Part shown: positions 39,082 to 48,078 of the stretch, piece by piece
Layout of the letters: each line of letters starts with the position of its first letter
Position numbering within the stretch: position 1 is the first letter of the stretch
Origin: an uncultured Gammaproteobacteria bacterium
GTDB taxonomy: Bacteria > Patescibacteriota > Microgenomatia > UBA10105 > UBA927
Reading direction: 5' to 3'
Length of the DNA stretch: 64,000 bases
Assembly: GCA_964629685.1 (NCBI GenBank)
Contig: CAZVTT010000003.1
Coordinates: 22,038-86,037, forward strand
Notes under the pieces: model-generated
Databases searched by the model: none
Seen by the model: only the letters and a program-made list of their open reading frames with translations
Told to the model about the DNA's origin: nothing
Program-made: the position numbers and the translations under genes

Positions 39082-40782
39082 TTAAAACCTGTCGGTGGTT
39101 TTTGATTCGTTTCCGCAGCGCCAGATCAGCGGCGACGTAACTTCGTAGACGTAAAATAACGGCGTACCGTCACGCTCTACAATATACGCCGGCTTATAAA
39201 ATTCCTTAAAAAAATTCAGTCCGCTGCCGAACCACGAAGGACTATTGGGAATAAGCGCATATTGATACGGCTCCCCTACCTGCGTAATCGTTACCCCCGG
39301 CGCAGCATAATTTACCGCCAAATGACGCATTAAACAAGCATACACGGCTACCGGCTTATTCGCCTTGGTATTTATAAACTCCATCGCTTCCGCAACTCCG
39401 CTTCCCCAGTATTCCACGTCATATTTTGCCGCTACCGCACCGCGCGTACCGCCAATAAGCACGTTAAAATAACTCGGCTCATACGGGAAATACCGCACGA
39501 TAATCCAAAGATGATGGACGAGCAGTAATCCCACCAGTCCCATACCCACCCAACGGGAAGACTGCCGTATCCGCGCAGGAATTTGCAGTGTTTTCAGCCG
39601 CAGCTGCACCCAGGCACTTACCGCCACGACACCGTATGCCGCCAGCACAAAAAACGCCGGCATCATATCTATAATCTGGCGAATTTTGGCATAAATAATA
39701 ACACCGTCCAGAAAAAACCTGGCGATCCCGATCCAAAACCAGAACACGAAAAATAACGGTATCGGGTTATGTCGTTTTATAAACGTACGAACCGCAGATG
39801 CCATACCTGCTATGGCCAGTAACGATAACAATACCGGTGTCTGAAGTACCAAAATAACCAACGGATATTCCGCCGGTAATGTGGCGCCGGCACGATACAT
39901 TTTTCCCAAATGCGGTACCGGCATCAGTACGCCCACTTCCTTAAAAAAGTTCCAGGCATACCGGGCCCGATGAATCGGATCTTCCCAAATCCACGGCCAG
40001 GTAAACAGAAACACGCCCACAGCAGCAAAAATCATCAGGGGTAACAGGAGCAATATCCGGCGGAAGGGTTTTAGCGTTTTGTAGTATACTCGGCTTTCAT
40101 TTACGGCAAATCCCAGCCAGATCACACAAATGGGAATCATAAAAAACGCAGTCGGCTTTATGGAAGCAGCCAGTCCCAGTACCCCAAAAGAAGCCACTCC
40201 CAGCAGTATCCTGCTCCGGTCACTCCCATGTTGCCAGGCTTTCAGGAAACGCAGAAATAACCACATCGACACGGCTATCAAACTCATTAAGGGTACGTCT
40301 TTCGCGTCATTGCGCATCTGCCCGGAAAGTGTCGGATACGTCGCCGCCACCAGTGTCATACCTGCCGCAATCCCGGTGGCAATTCCTGCTTCAACCAACA
40401 ATCCGTATAACGCAGCCACGCCGATTACGCTCAGCAGAAGACCGGCCAAATGGTACGCATCTATTACCGGCATCACCTGCATGCGCTCCGCCAGCACATA
40501 CGAAAATGCTGCACCGAGTACGTACGAAAACGGCGGATAAAATTCCGCCCCGTACATATACACCATCGGATGGTCTGCATAAAGCGTTTTATCGTGCAGA
40601 TCATTTATATATTGTCTGTTTCCCGTCATCCAAAATTTTAAATTCGCCCGTCCGATCAAAAATACCGACGGTTCGTCCCAGGTCATTCCGGCAGACGGCA
40701 GCGCCCGCAGTTGCAGCACAAATACCAGCAAGGCTAACCCTGCGGCAATCAATATATGATGAACGGGTCGTACGGATTTCAT
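39082..40782 (-). CDS. GT-C glycosyltransferase, PMT/ArnT-like
   Basis: 566 aa. First-loop motif AGMTWDEPSVFLIGRAN. More than 12 TM helices. C-terminal soluble domain. ATGA overlap with the upstream gene. Confidence 0.55.
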   Translation of the reverse strand: MKSVRPVHHILIAAGLALLVFVLQLRALPSAGMTWDEPSVFLIGRANLKFWMTGNRQYINDLHDKTLYADHPMVYMYGAEFYPPFSYVLGAAFSYVLAERMQVMPVIDAYHLAGLLLSVIGVAALYGLLVEAGIATGIAAGMTLVAATYPTLSGQMRNDAKDVPLMSLIAVSMWLFLRFLKAWQHGSDRSRILLGVASFGVLGLAASIKPTAFFMIPICVIWLGFAVNESRVYYKTLKPFRRILLLLPLMIFAAVGVFLFTWPWIWEDPIHRARYAWNFFKEVGVLMPVPHLGKMYRAGATLPAEYPLVILVLQTPVLLSLLAIAGMASAVRTFIKRHNPIPLFFVFWFWIGIARFFLDGVIIYAKIRQIIDMMPAFFVLAAYGVVAVSAWVQLRLKTLQIPARIRQSSRWVGMGLVGLLLVHHLWIIVRYFPYEPSYFNVLIGGTRGAVAAKYDVEYWGSGVAEAMEFINTKANKPVAVYACLMRHLAVNYAAPGVTITQVGEPYQYALIPNSPSWFGSGLNFFKEFYKPAYIVERDGTPLFYVYEVTSPLIWRCGNESKTTDRF

Positions 40783-42338
40783 TTCCTCTTCCAGAACGTA
40801 TCTCCCCAGCCTTCTACCGGTTCGTAATTATTCTGTATATAAATTCTGTCTGCATGCGACAATGAATACATTCTGCGTGAATCACTTTGATATATGTACG
40901 GCACCTGCTTTTCTTCCAGTCGCTGGGCTACCGGTGGAGGTTTTATACTCATATACTCCATAAACCCGCCGAACGGGACACAGCAGATATCATAACCGTC
41001 CTTCCAAAACACCATCCGGCCTTCCAGATCAAATACCGGAACATTTTTCGGTACCGTTTGCGTCAGTAACCGCAATTGCCGCAACTGATCTTCGTTGGAC
41101 CACGAAAGTTTTACCGAATTTACCTGCGGCGTAATCCAGATACACAAACCTGCTACCACTATCAGCAGTCCCACTTCCGCCCACTTACCCACCTTCAAGT
41201 TTAACCAGGTCAATATCCCTTCCAATCCGTCTGCGGCGTAAAACGCCACAAATACGGCAATGGGAATTAAATACTGACTGTGTTTCATGGGATAAAACAT
41301 CACGTACAGCGCGGAAAGCAACATAAACGACCCTGCCATCAGCACTTCCCCGATTACCTGTTTTCTGTCTCCGTCAGCAGTCACGAACGGCGTAAACAGC
41401 CGCACGATTCCTACCACAATCCCAAAGGCCCAGATGGCATGATTTGCCAGGTATCCGTTGGTTAATCCGGGAGCACCATAGAACGATCCGTTCGGGAAAA
41501 AGAACAGATGCGGCTCCATAATATAAAATTTTGATATTTTATTTGCTTCAAACGGCAGCAGGGTGAGCGAATACCACACCTGTCCGAAATCTCCGAGCGT
41601 CAGCAACCACAGGAACAGTATTCCCATCGACCCAGCAAACCCACCGACAAACCACCAGAGCGGAGACTGCACTATGCGTTTAAACACATCCCCCGCTCCG
41701 TCGCCGCTTTTCCGGAACGAAAACCACCAGAAATATAATGCCGCTCCGGCAAAAGAAACCACGGTAAACGGTATGGTCTTGGGAAATACGATCAGCGAAA
41801 GCGCTTGTGATATGCCAGCTCCCAACCACAGATACCGGGCCCGTTTGGATACCGACATACCGGCATACACCTGAAACGCCACACCCAATACCGCAAATAC
41901 CGTAGACAAATTATCCGGCCGGATTTCTACGAGTTTGTCGTAGGGCATAGGCAAAAATGCCAATAAAACCAAAGGAAGCAATGCATACTTCCACGAACGC
42001 AATTTTCCATAGAGCGCGCTCACCACAATCAGCAACGCAATAAATATAATCAGCGCCAGCACTCTTCCACCCACGAAAATGTTCGGATCTCCGGGGAATA
42101 TCCAAAACAGCGGCAGAAAGAAGAACAAAAACCCTGGCGGAAAAAACATGAAATAATCGACATACGGTCGCTGCCCCGCGGCTAAATTTCCCACCCAGTG
42201 CAGATACGAAAATTCATCTATATCAAAAAAACGGGTCATGCCGACGTTTAGTTTCCATACCAACAGAAACCCTAACGTAGCAAGTAAAATTCCGTGTATC
42301 ACCAGCGGCAGAAACCGGTATAAACCCTTCATGTCCAT
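40779..42338 (-). CDS. GT-C-like polytopic membrane protein
   Basis: 519 aa. First-loop acidic motif TRFFDIDEFSYLHW. More than 10 TM helices. Confidence 0.45.
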   Translation of the reverse strand: MDMKGLYRFLPLVIHGILLATLGFLLVWKLNVGMTRFFDIDEFSYLHWVGNLAAGQRPYVDYFMFFPPGFLFFFLPLFWIFPGDPNIFVGGRVLALIIFIALLIVVSALYGKLRSWKYALLPLVLLAFLPMPYDKLVEIRPDNLSTVFAVLGVAFQVYAGMSVSKRARYLWLGAGISQALSLIVFPKTIPFTVVSFAGAALYFWWFSFRKSGDGAGDVFKRIVQSPLWWFVGGFAGSMGILFLWLLTLGDFGQVWYSLTLLPFEANKISKFYIMEPHLFFFPNGSFYGAPGLTNGYLANHAIWAFGIVVGIVRLFTPFVTADGDRKQVIGEVLMAGSFMLLSALYVMFYPMKHSQYLIPIAVFVAFYAADGLEGILTWLNLKVGKWAEVGLLIVVAGLCIWITPQVNSVKLSWSNEDQLRQLRLLTQTVPKNVPVFDLEGRMVFWKDGYDICCVPFGGFMEYMSIKPPPVAQRLEEKQVPYIYQSDSRRMYSLSHADRIYIQNNYEPVEGWGDTFWKRK

Positions 42339-42400
42339 TCATTGTAGCAAACTAATCCCACTGTTTACTCTAGTAAAAATACACAGGGAGTATCCGGTAT

Positions 42401-42564
42401 TTAAGGGGTATACGCATGTGCATTTTTTGCGCCCTTCGAGACCACTTCAGGGTAAAAATGCAAAGGCGCCTTCAACAGAAATATTGGGGGTACGCGTAGT
42501 GATTTTTTCACGCCCTTCGATAATACTCAGGGTAAAGAATGAAAAGCCCACACAATTCTAAAAA
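42401..42564. repeat. Intergenic repeat, module B in two tandem copies (locus a)
   Basis: ggggtatacgcatgtgcattttttgcgcccttcgagaccacttcagggtaaaaatg.. then gggggtacgcgtagtgattttttcacgcccttcgataatactcagggtaaagaatgaaaagcccacacaattct. The same module is present at 51748..51829. Confidence 0.6.
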
Positions 42565-42674
42565 GGAGAGTGGTGCAGGGATTTTTACGAAGAGTTACAG
42601 GCGATTAACAACGGGTGGTAGTGGTCAACGGTACTTGAGTCCAACGATGAGTAAAAAACTCTGCACCGCTCTCC
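42565..42674. repeat. Intergenic repeat, module A (locus a): 14-bp terminal inverted repeats enclosing about 82 nt
   Basis: ggagagtggtgcag...ctgcaccgctctcc. Near-identical copies at 45973..46079 and 51830..51938. The interior gggatttttacgaagagttacaggcgattaacaacgggtgg..cggtacttgagtccaacgatgagtaaaaaact is conserved. Confidence 0.65.
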
Positions 42675-42731
42675 GTCACTCCAATATCCGATGACGAGCC
42701 CAAAATGACACCCGCTTCTCGCCTTCCCCGC

Positions 42732-43097
42732 TTACCCTTCCCACGGACTCATTAACTGGAACAAATTCCCGTCCGGATCGGCAAACGTCGCGATCAGCAT
42801 CGGTTGTTTCGGATCCATCTGGTACGGCTCTTTTATTACGGTAGCACCCAGGGCTTTGATCCGGTCAAATTCTTTTTGCACTTCCTTCGTTTCAAAGTTA
42901 ATAATAATCCGGTCTGCGTCCTTGGCTTTTCCGTGAATTTTGTCATGCAACCCTATTCCCAAAAACATCGGGCCCACGTTAAATCCATACCAGTCGCCAT
43001 CTACCATATCCGGTTTCTTATCAAGCACCTTCTCATAAAACTCCGCCATTACCTTTGGTTGGTCGGAACTCATCATCATCGAATTCAGGTTTAACAT
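42732..43097 (-). CDS. VOC (glyoxalase/bleomycin-resistance) family protein
   Basis: 121 aa. DGDWYGFNVGPMFLGIGLHD...GATVIKEPYQMD..ATFADPDGNLFQL, which is the typical VOC fold signature. Confidence 0.6.
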   Translation of the reverse strand: MLNLNSMMMSSDQPKVMAEFYEKVLDKKPDMVDGDWYGFNVGPMFLGIGLHDKIHGKAKDADRIIINFETKEVQKEFDRIKALGATVIKEPYQMDPKQPMLIATFADPDGNLFQLMSPWEG

Positions 43098-43242
43098 ATT
43101 TGCCCCTCCCTTATGTGCTTACCCTACCTGTTTTTCGCGATAACCACAACCCCCAAATGTAATATGGATTACAAATATTAGAGAACGAACTGAAGTGATA
43201 CAATACAATCGTTTTCAACCGTGCAGCACACGAACGCTATAT

Positions 43243-43665
43243 ATGAACTTTGACCATGGCATCCCTCCCAATCCCTATAATCCCCATGCCTGGATACTGG
43301 GTGCTCCCGTTATCGGCGAAGGCACCTGGATCGGCGCATTTACGCTGGTGGATGCGCTGCATGCTGGTGTAACCATCGGAAAAGGCTGCAACATCAGCAG
43401 CGGCGCACAAATTATTTCCCACTCCACCGTTCACCGTTGTATCAGCGAACGCAAATACCCGCACATCGACCACGCCGATGTACATATAGAAGACTATTGC
43501 TTTATCGGCACGAACGCGGTAGTTTTGATGGGGTGCACGATCGGCCATCACAGTGTGATCGGCGCCGGCAGCGTTATACCGGAAAACACAGTTATACCGC
43601 CCTACTCTGTCGTTACCGGCGTACCGGGAAAAGTAACCGGCTCGAGCAAAAAATTTACAAAATAA
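43243..43665 (+). CDS. Hexapeptide-repeat (left-handed beta-helix) sugar N/O-acetyltransferase
   Basis: Track ORF starts at 43195. Met at 43243 (MNFDHGIPPNP). Hexapeptide pattern GEGTWIGAFTLVDALHAGVTIGKGCNISSGAQII...IGTNAVVLMGCTIGHHSVIGAGSVI. Confidence 0.65.
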   Translation: MNFDHGIPPNPYNPHAWILGAPVIGEGTWIGAFTLVDALHAGVTIGKGCNISSGAQIISHSTVHRCISERKYPHIDHADVHIEDYCFIGTNAVVLMGCTIGHHSVIGAGSVIPENTVIPPYSVVTGVPGKVTGSSKKFTK

Positions 43666-43701
43666 TAGTACCTAAAAGGGAATACGGCAGTTCACGGGTG
43701 A

Positions 43702-43764
43702 CTTCCGACGGGGAGCCCCGCCAGCCGGGGTCCCCTTGCGGGTGGATGCGGGGCTGTCGGAAGG
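43702..43764 (+). other. GC-rich imperfect hairpin (about 16 bp stem with 4-nt bulge, 26-nt loop) in the acetyltransferase-aminotransferase spacer
   Basis: cttccgacGGGGagccccgc ..loop.. gcggggctgtcggaag. No trailing U-tract. Coordinates by eye. Confidence 0.5.
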
Positions 43765-43781
43765 CAGGACCCGTACAACAT

Positions 43782-44909
43782 ATGAATATTCCCGTAGCCA
43801 AACCATACTTTACCAAAGAAGACCAACAGGCAGTTGCAGATGTGGTCGCATCCCGCTGGGTGCTGCAAGGCCCCAAAGTACTGGAATTCGAAAAACTCCT
43901 GGCAGAGTATATCGATACGCCGTATGCCGTAGCTACTTCGTCCGCCACCACTGCACTGCTCATGTCATTACTCATACTAAAAATCGGACCCGGAGATGAA
44001 GTTCTGGTCCCCTCCTTCTCCTACATTGCCAGTACCAACTGTGTGGTACATGCCGGTGCCACGCCGGTGTTCGTCGATATAGACGCACGTACATATAATA
44101 TTGATCCGCAGGATATAGAGAAAAAAATCACAAAAAAAACCAAAGCCATTCTCGTGGTCCATCAAATCGGTCTGATGGCCGATATGAAACCCATTATGGC
44201 CATCGCCAAAAAACATAATCTGCGGGTTATAGAAGATGCGGCTTGCGCCCTGGGAGCCACTGCATACGGAAAAAACGCCGGAACCGTCGGCGATATCGGC
44301 GCCTTCTCTTTCCATCCCCGTAAATGTATAACCACTGCTGAAGGCGGATTATTAACTACCAAGAAAAAAACCTGGTTTGAAACGGCCAAAATGCTGCGGG
44401 CACATGGCGCTTCCGTATCCGTTATAGATCGCCATGCCAGTAAAACCATTGTGTTTGAAGAATACCCCATCGTAGGGTACAACTTCCGCATGTCCGATAT
44501 TCATGCAGCTCTCGGCGTTTCCCAATTTAAAAAAATAGATAAAATATTTTCCCGCCGCCAGGAAATAGCCGCCCGGTATACCAACGCATTTAAAGATTAT
44601 CCGCACATTGTCCCGCCGTATATTCCGCCGAAATTCCATCATACATTTCAGACCTACATGATCCGGCTTCCCGGTGGTGCCAAAATCCGGGACAAGGTTA
44701 TGCAGGCATTACTGGAAAAAGGCATTTCCACCCGCCGCGGTATTCCCGGCGCGCATCTGGAACCGCCATACCGTCATTTAAAAACGAAACTACCGGTTAC
44801 GGAACTGGCATCCCGAGAAACCATCATGCTCCCCATATTCACGGAACTTACCAACGAAGAACAGGATTTCATTATCGACAATATTATAAAAGAGGTTAAG
44901 AAAAGCTAA
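43782..44909 (+). CDS. DegT/DnrJ/EryC1/StrS-family PLP-dependent sugar aminotransferase
   Basis: Track ORF starts at 43437. Met at 43782 (MNIPVAKPYFTKEDQQAV). ATSSATTALLMSL. GDEVLVPSFSYIASTN. FSFHPRKCITTAEGG, which contains the Lys-bearing motif. Confidence 0.8.
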   Translation: MNIPVAKPYFTKEDQQAVADVVASRWVLQGPKVLEFEKLLAEYIDTPYAVATSSATTALLMSLLILKIGPGDEVLVPSFSYIASTNCVVHAGATPVFVDIDARTYNIDPQDIEKKITKKTKAILVVHQIGLMADMKPIMAIAKKHNLRVIEDAACALGATAYGKNAGTVGDIGAFSFHPRKCITTAEGGLLTTKKKTWFETAKMLRAHGASVSVIDRHASKTIVFEEYPIVGYNFRMSDIHAALGVSQFKKIDKIFSRRQEIAARYTNAFKDYPHIVPPYIPPKFHHTFQTYMIRLPGGAKIRDKVMQALLEKGISTRRGIPGAHLEPPYRHLKTKLPVTELASRETIMLPIFTELTNEEQDFIIDNIIKEVKKS

Positions 44910-44961
44910 CTTCTGTTGCTGATTGCCCGAATTATACATATTGGACAATTAACAACCTACT

Positions 44962-45948
44962 ATGAATCTCACCAACTCGAACATTTTAGTTACCGGAGGT
45001 GCCGGATTTATCGGCTCCCATACGGCTATAACATTGGCGAAGAATAACACCGTTACCGTATTGGACACATTTGATTCTGCAGTACGTACTGCGGCGGAGT
45101 TAAAACAAGCAGGTATTTCGGTGGTGAAAGGTTCGGTACTCGATCCGAAAGTAATCGACCGTACGGTAAAAAAAGCCGACGTGATTATTCATATGGCGGT
45201 TGCCTGTGTACGCCTGTCGCTCAACCATCCCATGGAAGTCCACCACGTAAACGTTACCGGCGCGCTGACCTTGCTTATGGCTGCCCAAAAACACCACACC
45301 AAACGGATAGTCATAATTTCTTCTTCGGAAGCATACGGCTCGGCTTCGCAGGGACTCATCGGGGAAAATCATGACATGGACCCGGTTACGGTATATGGCA
45401 TGAGTAAGTACATGTCGGATCTGTATGGCCAGTTATATTATCGGCACATGAAACAACCGGTCGTTACCGTGCGACCGTTTAACACCTATGGACCATACAG
45501 TCACTTCGACGGTGTATACGGAGAAGTAATCCCCCGCTTTGTAATCCGCGCCCTCGCCGGCAAACAAGCCACTATTTATGGTGACGGATCGCAATCCCGC
45601 GATTTTACCTATATTTCCGATACGGTAAACGGCGTTATCGCCGCCGCGGAAGAAGATTCACTTATCGGCCAAACCATAAACATAGCCCGGGGTCAGGAAG
45701 TATCCGTTAAACGGATTGCGGAAATTGTCTGCCAACACACCGGCTTACCATTTGAGCCGATCATGCTCCCCTCCCGTCCCAACGACGTCATGAGACACGC
45801 AGCGGATACCAAAAAAGCCAAAAAACTTCTTGGCTATTCACCGGAAGTATCCATAGACGAAGGACTGAAAACATATATCGACTGGGTAAAAACCACCTAC
45901 CCCGATACCAAACAACTCCTCAAATACGTCCCAAAAACGAATTGGTAA
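44962..45948 (+). CDS. NAD-dependent epimerase/dehydratase (SDR, GalE/UDP-sugar 4-epimerase-like)
   Basis: ILVTGGAGFIGSH. YGMSKYMSDLYGQ (YxxxK). Confidence 0.75.
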   Translation: MNLTNSNILVTGGAGFIGSHTAITLAKNNTVTVLDTFDSAVRTAAELKQAGISVVKGSVLDPKVIDRTVKKADVIIHMAVACVRLSLNHPMEVHHVNVTGALTLLMAAQKHHTKRIVIISSSEAYGSASQGLIGENHDMDPVTVYGMSKYMSDLYGQLYYRHMKQPVVTVRPFNTYGPYSHFDGVYGEVIPRFVIRALAGKQATIYGDGSQSRDFTYISDTVNGVIAAAEEDSLIGQTINIARGQEVSVKRIAEIVCQHTGLPFEPIMLPSRPNDVMRHAADTKKAKKLLGYSPEVSIDEGLKTYIDWVKTTYPDTKQLLKYVPKTNW

Positions 45949-45972
45949 CTGTTAACACAATCCTTAAACGTG

Positions 45973-46079
45973 GAGCGGTGCAGGGATTTTTACGAAGAGT
46001 TACAGGCGATTAACAACGGGTGGTTATGGATAGCGGTACTTGAGTCCAACGATGAGTAAAAAACTCTGCACCGCTCTCC
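45973..46079. repeat. Intergenic repeat module A (locus b), upstream of 46185
   Basis: ggagcggtgcag...ctgcaccgctctcc. The 5' arm differs from locus a by an indel/substitution that turns the G-U wobble into a C-G pair. The flanking tail gtcactccactttccgatgacg..cccgcttctc is shared with locus a. Confidence 0.65.
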
Positions 46080-46184
46080 GTCACTCCACTTTCCGATGAC
46101 GTTTAAAAAATGATACCCGCTTCTCTCCCCGCCACACCCACCCTTTTCCTTGAATAATCGCGTAATTCCCCCTATCATAATTTC

Positions 46185-47807
46185 ATGTCGTTGAAGAAAA
46201 TGCTCGCTCAGGAAATGCCCATGCTCCTCGTTATTTTCCTGCTCTTTGTGCAAGTGTGCGTGTACTTTTTTGTTACCAACCGTCCCAACACCATTGCCCC
46301 TTCCGGCCACGAATATACCGTACTCGGTAAAAACTTTTACTATCCCTCCATGATTTACCAGGCCAAAGACGGAGCCTGGGGCGTCGTCGATACTCATACC
46401 ACCCGCCCTACCCCCATGGTATTTGTCGAAGTGTTTTTCGTCTTTCTGGGGAAAATCGCGGCTCTCCTTAACATCGTACCCGTGCAAATGTACATTATCG
46501 CGCAGGTTCTTGGCGGCGTATTGGTGTTTGCCCTTACCTATTGGCTCATTACCCTACTCCTTCCCAAAGCAATCCACCTCTATGCGCTCTTTTTTGCTCT
46601 AGCCCTGGAAACCGGACCACTCGTAACCACGCTAGACCGGGCCTTTTCGCTTTGGGAACCGTCATTCCCCAGCCATGTCCTTTTTGACCGTCATTTCGGA
46701 TTACCCCATCATACCTGGGGTGAAGCAATAGGCATGTTGTATATCGGCGTACTCTGGGTAACGGTAAAAAAACCCACACCACTGCGCATTATCGCTCTTA
46801 TACTCCTCGCATTACTTGCCACTACGGTACTGCCGCCGTATATGGTCACCTTCGGCATGACGTCTATGGCAATTTGGGCTGTCTGGAGTATTTTCACCAA
46901 ATCATTCAGCAAAGTATTCCCGCCATTTCTGTTGTCCGCTTTAGCCGTCGGTGCCGCCGGATTCCTTATAAAATTGGAATTTGCCAAAGGCATACCCTGG
47001 GACTCCTGGCAGGCGGCAGAAAAAAGCTGGTGGACGCACCAACTGTTACTCACCCAATATGCCTCCACACTTCTCCTCTATTATCCCTTCATTGTATTGG
47101 CAATGATTATGACACTGCTGCGCTGGAAACATTGGACATCACACCTAAAACTGATTATCTTCATGATGCTCGCCTGGGTCTTCGGACCGTATATTTTAGT
47201 CCCGTTCTCCCATTACTCCTGGTTCCCGGTCGCCAACTTCCGCATGACCGATGGCTACCAATATTTACCCGCCGGGATACTGGCAGGTATAGGGGTCTGG
47301 CAGTTGTTACAAACACTTCCGGCAAAACTCCGCGGCGGAACTAAAATTGTTTTGCTCGGTTCGATCACCATCGTCTCACTCGTCTTTTCTTACGTCTTTA
47401 CCACACAAGTGTTAAACGCCCAGAAAAACTTTTGGAGCAATATGTACCCGCAGAAAAGCACGATGGATGGTGTCCGGTTTGTGGATACATTACCCAAACG
47501 CAGCGGCATTATGGTACGTGAATATTTTGGAGAAATACTTCCCGGGTTTGCCAACGTCCGCGTCTTTATCGGCGGCCCTCACGGCTTCCCCGATTGGGGC
47601 GAACGGCAATGGATTTCCCAGCGCTTCTTCTCGGGAGAATATACCGAAGAAGAAGCCATCAGGACGCTTAAGGATAACGATATATCGTACGTCTTTTACG
47701 GACCGGATGAACAGGCACTCAATACGACCGGCACACTGTACCCCACGGTACTTACGGAAATATTTGCAAATCCAACCGTCCGGGTTTTCAAAGTAAACAC
47801 AAACTAG
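46185..47807 (+). CDS. Polytopic membrane protein, C-terminal YxFYG[PF][DE]E family (GT-C-like)
   Basis: 540 aa with about 12 TM helices. C-terminal EEEAIRTLKDNDISYVFYGPDEQALNTTGTLYPTVL..VRVFKVN shared with 56003, 58697 and 60313. Confidence 0.5.
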   Translation: MSLKKMLAQEMPMLLVIFLLFVQVCVYFFVTNRPNTIAPSGHEYTVLGKNFYYPSMIYQAKDGAWGVVDTHTTRPTPMVFVEVFFVFLGKIAALLNIVPVQMYIIAQVLGGVLVFALTYWLITLLLPKAIHLYALFFALALETGPLVTTLDRAFSLWEPSFPSHVLFDRHFGLPHHTWGEAIGMLYIGVLWVTVKKPTPLRIIALILLALLATTVLPPYMVTFGMTSMAIWAVWSIFTKSFSKVFPPFLLSALAVGAAGFLIKLEFAKGIPWDSWQAAEKSWWTHQLLLTQYASTLLLYYPFIVLAMIMTLLRWKHWTSHLKLIIFMMLAWVFGPYILVPFSHYSWFPVANFRMTDGYQYLPAGILAGIGVWQLLQTLPAKLRGGTKIVLLGSITIVSLVFSYVFTTQVLNAQKNFWSNMYPQKSTMDGVRFVDTLPKRSGIMVREYFGEILPGFANVRVFIGGPHGFPDWGERQWISQRFFSGEYTEEEAIRTLKDNDISYVFYGPDEQALNTTGTLYPTVLTEIFANPTVRVFKVNTN

Positions 47808-47840
47808 ACGCAAATTACAAAATCCATACGATCCTAAAAA

Positions 47841-48040
47841 GGAGAGTGGCGCGGGGGTTTTTACGAAGCCTGCCTGCCGAAGCTTTAGCGCAGGTGGGAT
47901 TTACAGGCGACTCTTACACATTGCTAAGAGGTAAACGCATGTCATTTTTTTGCGAGTGAAAAGGCGCGGGGAATTGTCTAATTTTTATGCCACCCAGGAC
48001 TGAGTCCGACGAGCAGAAAAAATGGATATGCGTGTACCCG
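47841..48040. repeat. Intergenic repeat (locus c), diverged mosaic of modules A and B
   Basis: ctaaaaaggagagtggcgcgggggtttttacgaag...ttacaggcgactcttacacattgctaagaggtaaacgcatgtcatttttttgcg...ggactgagtccgacgag. Recognisably related to loci a, b and d. Confidence 0.5.
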
Positions 48041-48078
48041 CCCCCACGTTCCAATAACAAGTAATACATGATATTCGC

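Noticed and set aside
42565-42674. Possible small peptide gene inside module A (AAGGAG followed by GTG)
   Set aside because: The copies differ by indels that are not multiples of three (ggagAGTggtgcag vs ggagCggtgcag), so no reading frame is conserved. The conservation pattern fits an RNA/DNA structure instead.
43195-43242. Longer start of the hexapeptide acetyltransferase at 43195
   Set aside because: The first 16 residues are non-conserved. The Met at 43243 gives a typical left-handed beta-helix acetyltransferase length. Either start is possible, so confidence is low.
43437-43781. N-terminal extension of track ORF 43437..44909
   Set aside because: It is Arg-rich and low-complexity, overlaps the acetyltransferase gene and the GC hairpin, and DegT-family similarity starts at the Met at 43782.
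45990-46487. 165-aa ORF on the minus strand
   Set aside because: It spans repeat locus b and runs antisense into the 5' end of the 46185 membrane-protein gene. It is Gly/His-rich and low-complexity.
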